Shown piece by piece: positions 37,946 to 50,593 of a stretch of DNA of 64,000 nt. The translations under genes were made by a program, and so were the position numbers. Location: positions 637,633 through 701,632 of the forward strand of contig NMRA01000099.1 in NCBI GenBank assembly GCA_002633005.1, in the 5' to 3' direction. Each line of letters begins with the position of its first letter. Position 1 is the stretch's first letter. The notes under the pieces were generated by a model, which worked only from the letters and a program-made list of their open reading frames with translations, had not been told where the DNA came from and did no database searches. Source of the stretch: Phoronis australis. Its lineage: Eukaryota > Animalia > Phoronida.

Positions 37946-40900
37946 ATGGAAGACAGTGATGAAAGACATCAAGAAAACGTCCGTTATTCTTTTCTTCTGG
38001 GGTGTGCATTAAGAAACGACGACACAGAACAGTTCATCCAAGTGTACGACCGCATCGTTCCAAAGGACTTACCGCTGGAGGAGGTATTTCTCACAAAATT
38101 TTGCAACGATAATCAACGACATGTTAGTTGTTGAGTTGACAACGCAGTGTCCACTGTTGACTGTGTCTGTGTTGACTAGGGGTGAGCCACCGAAATTTCA
38201 GGTTTATTTAAATTAAATGAAAAATAATTCAAATGGAAGCTCTCATTGGACTACTTTCTTGTGGTATGCAATAATCAAGTCTGTCTGTAAAACAGTACAG
38301 CAAGAAGTGACGTTTTTCAAACTCGGTATATTTAAAAAAAAATTACTTTCTTGAGCCTGAGACAGGTTTTGATTCCTCTAGCCATTTTTTGACCATATAC
38401 CTAAGTGATGGTTTGATACACAAGTCCACGGTTTCTAGTTGAACATGGGTAGTGCGTGTGCACTGGCGTGGTGGAGATCTTGGTAGAGTTAGGGTGAGCA
38501 AACCAATATGGCGGAAATTCAGCAAGAGCGAAATTTTGCCATTTTTCATGATTTTCAAGCTCATATCTATTAGCATACTAAGTGGTGGAAAATGAAAAGT
38601 ATGCCAGTGAAATATTTAATTTTTCTTCTTTCTATTGATATCCATTACAAAAAATTTGGACATTAATGAGTATTTTTAAAAATTGAAGTAAAGCGAGCAC
38701 TTCACAAATTTTTCACTCACCGGCAAATTCTTGTGACTTTCAGTAGGGGTCAAACTTTCAGCTGTTAAATGGCCGTTACTGAACCGATTTTAATGATATT
38801 TATATCAAACTGTTTGCTACAAAATTCTGCTTTCAACCCTGAGTGTACACTTTTTATTTTTTTGACAAAAATATGAGAAAATGTACTTTTTTTAATTTAC
38901 TGCCTCGCCACTCTCTCACCTGGAAAAATCCTGAAAGTGTACACTCAATGTCATAATCACTTATCATGTCCTAATCCATTCCTGATCAAATTTTTTCACT
39001 TCATCTCACCATTTCCATTTAGGAACACTTCTAAAAAGGTAACTTCAGTCATTTTTCAAGAACCATGTTGACCTTTCCAGGGTTCAACCTAAACTCGAAC
39101 CTGATTGGTCAAATGTATTCAACAGAACCAGTCAAAACTTCTCTAAATTACAAAAAGTGGCCCAAACCTGGTAAAATATTTTCATTAAAATAATATAGAA
39201 TAGTTTTAAAATTTAATTTACTTCAATTTTGGGGATAGAGTCATTTTTTCCTATTTTCTTCAAAAATATTTTTTGTTACACTTTTACTACCTCGTGGGGG
39301 CGCTGTGATCAGTTTCATTTTTAGAAAATTACATATTTCACCAAAATAAATGTTCAGTCAACGCTGCAGTGCATCAAAACATTTTAGAATACAAATATGC
39401 TCTTTTTGGATAGTCACCAACACAACACCTCTCAGTTTCTATATTATTTGATAGGAATGAAATGGATTTAAAATTTGTTGAAATTTTAGGGTCCAATTTA
39501 ATTTTGTTTAATTAAAAATGCATATTATCATCTTTTTGTCATTTTGTGTGCAATTTAAGATTGTGAAAACATTGATCTTACTTGGGAAAAAAGATTAATT
39601 TACATAACCTCACAGGTTTTAAAATAAATAACGAAATACTCTGAAAAAGACTAGTTTTCTGGTTTTTGCTCATTTTGAATTCATTTGTTATGCAAATTTC
39701 ATTTTTTAGAATTATTTCAAAATCTTTTGGAGCAAAAGAAACATGTTCACTAAACCATAGTAATTCTTGAAGTGTTTTGTCATTTTCAAGGTAATAAGTT
39801 GCTCTCTTTTTAATACATCACTTGTTCAACTTGGCTTCAGGGGCAAAAATGTCCTGTCACAAGTCAAAAAAAACTGGTGAATTTTTCAATTTTTGTTGTT
39901 CTTGTTTGTGCAAAATATAATAATTTGTGGTTTGATGTCTATGCCATGTTGTTAACCTACTTGCAAAGGACTCTCCATCTTGTTTGAAAAGCACTGTGAG
40001 CTATGGATTCCCAAATATAGTTGTCTAAACTTGCCATTTTCTGTGGCCTGAAATTTCTAGGTGCCGTTTGCTGAAAAAAGGCCATTTTTGAGGCTCTAAA
40101 ATTCAAATAACTCGAGAACCACCGAACCGATTTGAAGAATTCAAAAAGTTTTATAAACGGCATGTCTAAAGCTATCATTTAACACTCTTTTCAAGTGTTT
40201 CTGATGAAATTTGTATTTGGGTCTGCTCACCCTAGTCAAGTAAACAAGTCGAACATTGCTGTATGTAAGGCCTTGGATTGGGCACTGGCATCCTCAGCTT
40301 TTGATCGTCCCCAATACACTATATATAATTCTACAAGGTATGACACTCCGGACTAGAAATTCCACATGTGCTTCACTTCAGCTGTCCATAGCAAACATAA
40401 AACTCAATAAATTTACACAAAACAGAGGTTTCACAAACCAAGAGGAATAGTTCTTTTTCCCAATACCATTTACAGTGTCCTGCTCCAACGAGTTCGCAAG
40501 AAATTCGCGGTCAAAGCACAAAAATCTTCCCAAAAAAGCTTGTCCGGAGCAACTCCTTGGTCCCATGCGCAGAGTATGGAATTATCCGATGAGTTACAGA
40601 TGTACAGTAGTTGGCGATTCATCACGGAAGGTCACGGCATCGATTACACGGCAATTGCCGTTCATCCGTAACTCATCACATAGTTTCGTATCCTGCGCGT
40701 GGGGCCAAGTAGTTTCTCCGGACGAGCTTTTTGGGAAGATTTTTGTGCCTAGACTACGAATTTCGTGCGAACTCGGTGGAGCAGGACACCGTAAATGGTA
40801 TTGGGAGAAAGAACAATTCTTCATGGTTTGTTGAACCACTGTTTTGTGTAAATTTATTGAGTTTTATGTTTGTTGTGGACGGCTGAAGTGAAGCACCCGT

Positions 40901-43900
40901 GGAATTTGTAGTCCGGAGTGTCATACCTTGTAGTATATATATAGTGTATTGACTATTGGCGACGATCAGAAGCTGAGGACGCCTGTGGGATTGGGGACCT
41001 GACAATAAATGCAGATAAAAATAGCCATTAAAAGGTGAAAACAGTGGTTGATACGATCAGGTCATGAATATTGCCAGGTTGTTTGGACACAGAAACTTTC
41101 AGATTATTTATGAAATTAGCTCTTTTACCTCTCGAATCTCAGCTTCGCAGGTTAGTCATTGCCGGGGTGATTGTTTATAGTAATAATTTGCAATTGTATT
41201 AAGGCTTTACTTGTACTGATTTAAAGTCTTGTTTTCTTTGTATTGTGGGTTAACTAACTCTATATACTGACCCAGGGGTGGACTTTGTAAAAATGTGGCT
41301 TCCTTAGAAATTACTAGACATTGACTACCGTCTTCAAGCTTGCTCAGTGGAGACGGTGTAGCTCCTATAGGAGCTTCATACGCTGGAAGCTTTTTGGCAA
41401 ATTGTGTTTCACACTGCACGCCAGTGTTCAAAATTGCCAATTTCCGATTTTGGGAACTGAATGAAGGGGTGCTGGAAGAAAAAAATTGTTAACAGGAATA
41501 TTTATTCGAGTTGTAAACAATTACAGACATCAACAGGCTCTTAAGGTGTCACTCTATGTACAAAAGGTATTAATAACAGTGTGACTTTGATGATGTTTTA
41601 GTCAGTGTGAGGCATAACAGGGCTCGACGCTATTAAAATCGCCAGGTCGCATTTTGTGTGAACATAGTCGTTAACCTGAGTGTTTGCGGTAATAAGATAT
41701 TGAAAGACTGCAATGGTAATAAACATTATTATAATGCAGTTTTGCGAGGCTAACTCCATCTAGTAGGGGTGACTTTTTGGGTATCGTTACCTCGTACACT
41801 GTACCCTTTTTAGCCACCTGGAATAATTTTGTTTTTAATTGCTTCAGCTGGAACAAGATTGTTTCTATTGGAGTCTGTACATTTTACGGCGACGGTGGTC
41901 TGGGGAGCGAAAAATTGCTGTGGAGGGGGGTGTATGAAGAGAAGAATAAAAAGTTTGCTAATCACAATTTCGCACCTACCTGTTTAGTTGCAATAGCTGG
42001 CTACGGGCATAGAATATCGCGTTTAGGGAACATGGACCCCGGGAAGCATCAGAAAAGGAAGATATCAGTTCTGGGTTATATAGGGAATATCGTAAAACCG
42101 CCAGGACTCTATTAAGTTTGTTTTCAAATGAACCACTGGCATCCAGGTGATAAACAGAGCAAAGCCAGTATACTATTTCATTTAGCTCTGTCGCTGTTCT
42201 CTTTTGGAGTGTTGCGCACTCGTGAGTTGGCAGCAACGTGTGAAAGACAAATCATATTTCGCGCACGTAGCCCCAGAAACAAGTAAAAGGGTTTGAGAAT
42301 TTCTTGGCAACTCAAAAACTACTTTACTGAAATTATAGACGTGGTTGTCGTCTGGCAATTAATAGGGTTGTTATTTTCACTTTTGCTGTCTTATGCGATA
42401 AAAAACGAGATGCACATTTCTAATTCACGATTGTCTGCTGGGATCGCTTGCTTGATAACAACGGGACCGACCAGTGGCACAGTGTGATATTAGGGATATT
42501 GTCATGGATATTTGATAATGTAATAAGGACATCTTACGCTAAAAATAAACATATTTTTCCACCATAAAGTTTGGTAAGTTGATCGCTTAAGAATTAGTTG
42601 AAACACTGCTATTTTGTGACATTTTATCACGTGTTATGCCATTTCCCGAAACTTTCTTCGGCGAATCCGGAAATTTGCAAAAGTACCCCGAAAATGTTAG
42701 GCAATGAAACGCGTAAAAGATCGATTCTGCATTATCCCATGTTCACACGACATGCTTTCAAGTTATCAGGAAGGCTGTTCTCGGTTAGTGCTCTTTTTAA
42801 CTTGATTTGGCAACAACCAAATAACGGTTGGATTCCTAAGATTTGCTTTATATTTGCCAGGTATCTGTTGAGAAGTGTAAAAATTCAGTTAATTCCAGGT
42901 CACATTTTGCGACTTGATACGAGCTGACAAAAATCTCAGCTTGCATTTCCAATTTTCAGATGGCGAATGCGACCTACAGCTCGTTATGTCGAGTCCTGTA
43001 TAATTCAATGAAAAGCTTCTGGTGTATGAAGCTCCTATAGGAGTTACACCGTCTCTACTAAGCCAGCTAGAGATGATGGTCACTGTCTAGCAAATTACCA
43101 GTTATTGAGTGACATCGGCATCTTACAATGCCGCTCCAAAATTGAGCACACATGGTTTTCAGGAAGAAAAACGAATTTGCGATGGTCGTGAATATATGTA
43201 GAATGACATAATTGCAACCTTATGACAATATAGTTGCGTTATTTCGAAGAATATTAATTTTAACATCTCTTACTCTCCCGTCCACTTGAGAAACCAAGGC
43301 TCTCAATATCTCCGTCTTGTGGCTCAATTTTGCAGGGCTTGGAATTTTCCGCGGAAACGCGGATTTCCGCTTTTTTCAAATGTGCTTTCCGCTTTTTTTT
43401 ATAATATTTCCGCGTAAAAAATCGGATTTGATATAAAATTTCTGCGGCAAATTCCTTTCTTGCCGCGGCGTTGCAGACGACGTTCACCTCGAAAAGCGGA
43501 AGTTCCTCTTTAAGTTTCGGAGGAACGTAAATTGTCAACATTGCCGGGGCATCTGGGACAGCATGGTGGGAATTTCAATGGCGTCTCGTGTTATTGTTAA
43601 GCGCGGCGACAAATACTACCGCTCTGCAGCAGCCAAAAAAGTTGCGGTTGGGAGTGGACGGGCGAGCTAAAAGGACGCTACTGATGGTGGTAACGTTTTT
43701 TCTTCTTTTTTTTTAGTCCTCCCGATTTTTGTCTTGGAAAGGTTCACATTGACCATTTCAAGGCTGGTTATCGGGCATGATTTGGGCCGTAAAAGTTTCC
43801 GCGTTTTTTGTCATTGGTCATTCCAAGCCCTGATTTTGACCCCTTTCCCCACTTTCAACTCATACAAACCTTCAGTTAAAGAAGGTTTTATTTACTTCCA

Positions 43901-46900
43901 AAATTCTCACTCCGCAGTCATGTCTTGTTATAAGTGTTTAGCCTTTGTGTGGAGAACAGAATAAAGATCAGTTTGTTACAAGTATAGGAGTGATCACACA
44001 GTATTCAGCGAAGTAATTTCATGAAAGTCTAAGGTTCACTGCCTGAGATGCCTACAATCTGGCCCTAGGGTTTCCTTTTTCCAAGAAAAGCAACATTCCT
44101 GATGGGTAGTCTGTACCATATGTGAGCAACTACCCTGAAAGCTCACGTGAATTTGTTCAAGTGATTACTATACCTAATCAAGGCTTGAGATAAGTGAGTA
44201 ACCGCTTGAAAATATGAGTGGAAAAAATAAAATCCAAATAGGTAATTGACCTCAGTCTTATCACTTGTACTGAGCAGACGTTCGATTTTTTTCTTTTTGG
44301 TAGCCCATATCCGGAATTATGAGTGTCAGTTGTGCCGTCAGTCATATTTTCGAACCAACGTTTTCGCTGGTGTCGAGTGCTGCTTACTGAATATTCAAAG
44401 TGGCTGAGAAACTCTATAACCAGCTTGCAAAATGTGATTAAAGTTGAATATAATGGTTTGGGATTCTGACTTAGTGGAAGTGAACCACTAACTTAGTACG
44501 TGTTTTTTAATTCGAGGTCAGTAATTGCATGGTTTTCAAATGGGGGACTGTCACAACTATCAAGGTTTCCAAATTTGTTAAGGTATCCGTAACCAATAAT
44601 CTGTGACATTGTTTTTATGACCAATAGTGAAATTGGTGTTTGGTATGCAACTGGAGAATGGATTGTGCAGCAATTTTTTTGTGACCTACATCATTTCTAA
44701 ACCAATATTTTATTCTAGACCAATGAGTTGGTAGACAGGTCCCCAATCCACGCTGCCTTCTCTGCGCGGCTAGCTGACACGTGACCTCCCATAATCCTCT
44801 GTATGTTTCTGTTTGACCTCGAGCACATTGACTGTGATGGAGTTCAGTCTTCAAAAAAATCTTAAATGCCAGAATATTTTGCAGAAGTGAATCTTATCTA
44901 GTGGGGAATTTATAATCATTGTAGGGAAATTTTTGGCCCTGATCAGGGAAATTTTGCTCGATTTTTAAATGTTTTTAATAGGGGAATCGGGGTCCTCCGT
45001 GCATCAACTTTAGGGTCGAATATCGCTGATGTTTGTCCCCAAAGTCAACTCATGAAGGACCCTGCGCTAATAGGATATTTGGAGTTGTGAGACTTTTTTT
45101 GCTTTAGTAACTGATGATCACAAAATAACCATGTACTCTTTACTAGCCGTTTCAAACGTGAATGTGAGAATTTACGTGTTAGTTCAGTAATGTTCCAAAG
45201 TGAGTACACTCTGAAAACTAACAGTGTTTTAGATTATGCAAAGCCAGCAGTGTGCTCCTCTCAGTGAGGAACAAGGCTACCGTAATGGCAGAGTAACACT
45301 ACCCCATACAGGTAACAGTCCTTTGAGCAAACATTTTGCCAGTCATGCCAGTATCCATTGACAAGAGATCTTGTACCTATTTTTGAAAAAAAAATGCCAA
45401 AATCGACCTTTCCGAAGCTTTTAATGAATGCTCACTAGAACATAGTATGGTGATTCATGTGGTATGTAAGTTTGAATTAATAAAGCATTTATTTGTTGCT
45501 TATTTGACAAAAAAAGAAAAATATAAATTTCACTTCTCTGTCTTGATGGTTATGATTTTGCAATAACTGTATGCTGAGCCATGTCATTTATTTCCTATTT
45601 TATTTGCTTGACTGGTCACACTGTAAGCAGTTTTGTACTTCTAAGTACTTTAAAATATGGTTGAGACAGAACGTTGTATTCTTTCTTAGAATTTGAGAAC
45701 AACTGAATATAATTTGCTGGCACTGCCCAGGAAGTTGCATGCTCTTCTCTCTAAGGAGATAAAATTTGCCTTCAGTTGGGTGTTGCAAGATGGAGGTGTT
45801 TACACTGACCCTATTCAAATACAACTGGAATAGTTATTATATTCTGAAGTGTGTCTGTTTGGGTTGTTAGCATAATTTAAGGTGTTTAAGTCTTTTTCCT
45901 TGATGTAGGCTGCTAACTCTACAACTGTTCATGGTAGCTAACCTAGATTAGCATTGATTTTGTAAAGCTGTAAAGGAGGTCAGTTCTCAATATGCCCAGT
46001 CACTCAAGTCTAAAAGACAGCAGTTTCAGTTATTGTTTGGTGTCTGCTTGTATGAACACCAGTTGTTGAGAGTTGTTATTGCACTGGATTTCCACATTTA
46101 TGTGTTTATATGAGGCCATTTGCAGTTGTCTAGTGTTGCTAGAATTTGTGCCCCAGACTTTTACACAGACCATGTCTTGACAAGGTGTGACACACTGTTT
46201 ATTCAGTGTTATCAACTAAGTCATTCTATAGTGTTATGTCTGTGCACTAAAGGTGCTAGTCATATTGTTTACAGTGTTACCCTGGTATGCAGTAGTCACC
46301 AGTTGGATGGTTATGCATCTGGTGTTATGGCATGGATGGTAAAATGGGGTCCACTGCACTATGCTTTGGCAAATTTAGTTCAAATAAACATTTTCGCCCC
46401 ATTTCATGTAATATCTGTTATCATTACTTGGTGAAATGAAATTTCTCCAAGTCTTTTGCTTTGTAATAATCCTTGTTTCTTTGTTTGCACGCTACATGTC
46501 ACATTTCTTGTCTAATTAGTATGGAATTTACACAAAACATGTGTATAGTGAATAGCTTGAAGTCTGTTATTTTAGTTTTAGTCAGACACAAAATGGCACT
46601 GTGGCAGCCATTTTGACGTTTTTGGTTTGCAGAGCCATAGCTCCATTGTTTCTGGTGGTATTTTTCGGATTTTTTTTCCGTGCATAGATAATTTCAATGG
46701 CTGTAGGAAGTGTGCTGATTGTTTTTCTCGAGGACTTGGGTTCTTGAGTTATTCCAGATTTTCAGATAATTGGTCACCAATTAATTAAGTTTTTGTGTAC
46801 ATCTGCAGCGTCTCGTGGTGGATCTTTCTGAAATTGGGTACCGTATGTGGATGGATGTTTTCAAGCGCTAGTGGCATTGTGAAACCCGTTTCTCAAGATA

Positions 46901-49900
46901 CTCGATAGTTACTGCTTAGATGACTTTCCTTGTTGACTTATCTTTAGCTGCAGTTTGTTAAGTTGCGTACCATGTTTGTGGTAGAGATGGCATTTTTCGT
47001 GCGATCGACATGATATTTATGTACAGTGTTTATCTAGTGGAGGAATTTTGTTTTTGGGCAAAATCACACGCAAGATGGCACCGTGATGGCCATTTTTTGA
47101 ATTACGTTCGCTGACTCCGTGATTCTTTTACTGAACCTCTTCACATTTGCTATTTAAAATGCATGATTGACATCTCACTACAACTTACCATTCTCGAGCT
47201 ATTCCGGGAGTATTCTGATTTGGTGATTGTCTTTTATTGGCTGATTCTTCAGTGCACATTTAATGATTTATCATTTATTGTATATTGGTGTAACAGTCAT
47301 TGGGGCCACGTTTATTAATTTTCTTGTTTCGTCATCGAGTTCATCTTTAAGTTTTTATTCGATTTCGCCAAGTGTTGCTCCTCAGTGCTTTCATTTTAAC
47401 TTTTCAAGTACTGCGTGTACTTAGAATGAAATGAAATTTGATCCAGCTCTCAATTAAGAAAATTGCATTGGCATGAATTTCTACAGTATTTTCAAAATTT
47501 CCTATCTTGTTTTTAACAAAATTTTGCACAAAAAGATTATGCGTTCATAAACAGTATGCTTTTATGATGTGATCTGACACAAACTTCGCTTTTACCAGGG
47601 AAGTCTGTACTCGGATGACCTGTATGTCTGAATATGTGTCGATAAGATTATACCCGAAGCAGTTTTCATGATTTGTCAAAAACCTTATGGCTTTATATCA
47701 CGAAGTACCTGAAAAGCACTGATTTGGTGTTCTTCAGTTTGAGGAGTCTCTCAAACTTTTATCAGTGAACCATTACACCACGGATTTTTAATGATCATGG
47801 GAAATTGAGAACTCGGAGTGGAATTTTTGATGCAACTTGTATTTTTTAAATTAACGTTAGATAAGGTATTTTATGCATTCGGGTTATGTAATAGCAAACC
47901 AAGAATTTGAAATGGCAAAACTTAAAAAGGTTAGGTGGTCATAGAGCAATACATGAAACTTGACTCTCAAAAAGTTTTGTTTTTAACCTCGCAAGGTTAA
48001 CATTCCTTATGTGTTCAAGGCAACTAATTGGATTTCGTTCTTGTCATCAAGTAATACCTTCAACATTCAGGTGAACGCATTGTGCACTTAAACTGGCGTC
48101 TGGCGAGCCTGGAAATTTGAGGGTGGTGGTTGGAGAGGACACAAAATTTTGTTCAGAATAATTGAGTTCGAAATGTTTACTTTGCATACACCGTTCTTGT
48201 GTCTGCTTGTGGAGTTTAATTGGCGAGCCTAGAAGTTATGAGGGGGGGGTGGGGTGACGTGCACTGTGGACGGGGGTGGTTTATACACCACTCGAAATGG
48301 AGTTCATAATAATTTAACTTCAATTTTCCCTTGTGTGTCACTCTTCCTGTTTTTTGTAAAAGTGTAAAGCTTGTTCAGTTTACAACACTGTGATAAAATC
48401 TCACCAATTTCAGACGTAAATAATTGCCAAAATCATCTTTTCTTCATCTTTCAAAGGTTCTTAACGTTGTTGTGAATGCCCNNNNNTTGAGGAGTCTATC
48501 AAACTTTTATCAGTGAACCATTACACCACGGATTTTTAATGATCATGGGGAAATTGAGAACTCAGAGTGGAATTTTTTATGCAATTTGAATTTTTAAAAT
48601 TAACGTTAGATAAGGTATTTTATGCATTCAGGTTATGTAATAGCAAACCAAGAATTTGAAATGGCAAAACTTAAAAAGGTTAGGTGGTCATAGAGCAATA
48701 CATGAAACTTGACTCTCAAAAAGTTTTGTTTTTTAACCTCGCAAGGTTAACATTCCTTATGTGTTCAAGGCAACTAATTGGATTTCGTTCTTGTCATCAA
48801 GTAATACCTTCAACATTCAGGTGAACGCATTGTGCACTTAAACTGGCGAGCCTGGAAATTTGAGGGTGGTGGTTGGAGAAGACACAAAATTTTGTTCAGA
48901 ATAATTGAGTTCGAAATGTTTACTTTGCATACACCGTTCTTGTGTCTGCTTGTGGAGTTTAATTGGCGAGCCTAGAAGTTATGAGGCGGGGAGGTGGGGT
49001 GACGTGCACTGTGGACGGGGAATGGTTTATACACCACTCCAAATGGAGTTCATAATAATTTAACTTCAATATTTCCCTTGTGTGTCACTCTTCCTGTTTT
49101 TTGTAAAGGTGTAAAGCTTCTTCAGTTTACAACACTGTGATAAAATCTCACCAATTTCAGACGTAAATAATTGCCAAAATCATCTTTTCTTCATCTTTCA
49201 AAGGTTCTTAACGTTGTTGTGAATGCCCACAACTTTTCAACTTATTACCTGATAATAACTACTGTAATGAATGTTAAAATTATGAAGCATTACTTTGGTG
49301 TTAGTCATCATTCAATAAAAATGTGAAGAAATGAAGTTTAATTTGGCCGCCATATTGTGTCCTAAATTGGCAAAAATTTTAGAGTGCTTTATTAGCTTTC
49401 GAAAAATGGAAAAATAGCAATTGTGATGCGTTACTTTATTGTATATGTTGTATTCCTTTCCTTTTTACTGCAGGTTGAACGTATAAAGGAGGAGGCAAGG
49501 CGAATTGCTGACCTTCCCGACAGTCAGTTCAACGAGATTGTATTTAGGGCTAAAGATTTGAGTGTGGCTCCAAGTTTCAACATGAAAGAGCAGGAAAATG
49601 CTCTCCAGTCATTGAGTCGAGCTGTGGAGCCGAAGGTGAACACCATCACTCTCAAGTCTGTGTCGCGGACATCTCGCCACTTGTCCGCGAGTGTCTCCAG
49701 CGGAACAGCCGACGACTCCGGTGTATTTGAAGAAAGTAGGACAAAAGTGGAATGGGATAAACATGGAGATAGTGGTGATGAGGCTGAAAGCGGACGCGCT
49801 GGACACTTTGACTATTTTCCACGTCCTTCTGATGAGGAGGAGGGAGGCAGTCGTGTTGGACACTTTGACTACTTTCCGTCACAAATGAAGCGGTCTACGC

Positions 49901-50593
49901 AGATGATGCGCGTCGAGCGTGAGCGTGGAGAGGATCATGCTTGGATGAAGAGAAATCGTGGAGTAAAGAAAGACAACGCAGCGTATGATGAAGCCTACAG
50001 GGCAGACTCGGACTCATCGGGCACTCCTCGCAGCAACGACGTGTGTTCACCGCGCAGCGACTTTGATGTCACGGATGGTATCGAGATGCAGACCCTCCGC
50101 CGTAGGTCAAGCGATTTTGTCGATGATGAAGATGATTTAAAGGATGTGAACGTGCACGAACGGTTGTATGCTGGCTACACACGTTTGAGTTTGGAAGAGG
50201 AAAATGATGAATACGAGGACAATGACATAATAAGAAATTCCAAGTCCAACCTCCACATTAAGTTCCGGTCGCAAACCTTTCGACCGCCGGCCAGTGCACA
50301 TGTCGTCAGTTATGACGAACGTAACATTGATGAAGCAGTGCGGAGCCATAACGCTGGCCAGCCGTTGAGCCCATCGAAGCAGCGCTCGTACGGCACTAAT
50401 GTGGAGGTCAAGAAGTATGAGTCGGACAATGCGCCCCCGTTTGGCGACCCTCTCGATTGGAAGGCAATGAAGAGTCGCTGTGGGAAACTGCTTGGCGATA
50501 AATTGTGCAAAGGTGACACTCCGAATATGCCAGAGGCAGCAGAGATCCATGGCAACACAAAAAAGAAGAAAAAGAAGAAACCATCCAATAAAG
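37946..50593 (+). CDS. Unidentified protein, first two exons (3' incomplete; later exons not located)
   Basis: Exon 37946-38083 (46 codons, donor GAG|GTATTT) splices in phase 0 to exon 49474-50593 (acceptor CCTTTTTACTGCAG, 1120 nt open, GC-richer than flanks, donor AAG|GTAAAC). Short helical N-terminus, then an acidic Ser-rich disordered region with two GHFDYFP motifs and a KKKKKKK run. Confidence 0.7.
38490..40234. mobile_element. hATm-like non-autonomous element (TAGGGTG termini)
   Basis: Left TAGGGTGAGCAAACC vs inverted right TAGGGTGAGCAGACC (14/15). A second left-end-like copy lies at 38177. No TSD found. Confidence 0.5.
40283..40987. mobile_element. 705-bp fold-back (fully palindromic) DNA transposon with 8-bp TSD (P- or hAT-like)
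   Basis: ~340-bp imperfect inverted arms start CAC(T/A)GGC(A/G)TCCTCAGCT. Perfect TSD GGATTGGG at 40275-40282 and 40988-40995. Confidence 0.88.
41315..43090. mobile_element. Old DNA transposon with ~80-bp TIRs
   Basis: 41315-41395 is an inverted match of 43012-43090 (core GAGACGGTGTA(G/A)CTCCTATAGGAGCTTCATAC). The direct repeat AAATTAC lies near both ends. Confidence 0.55.
43333..43832. mobile_element. 500-bp hAT-like MITE with 6-bp TSD
   Basis: Perfect 13-bp TIR CAGGGCTTGGAAT. Flanks ATTTTG/ATTTTG. Subterminal TTCCGC/GCGGAA repeats. Confidence 0.8.
47739..49228. repeat. ~740-bp direct duplication on either side of a 5-N gap (47739-48481 / 48487-49228); probable unmerged contig overlap
   Basis: The two copies differ by a few SNPs and small indels, and they abut the gap exactly. 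Confidence 0.88.
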
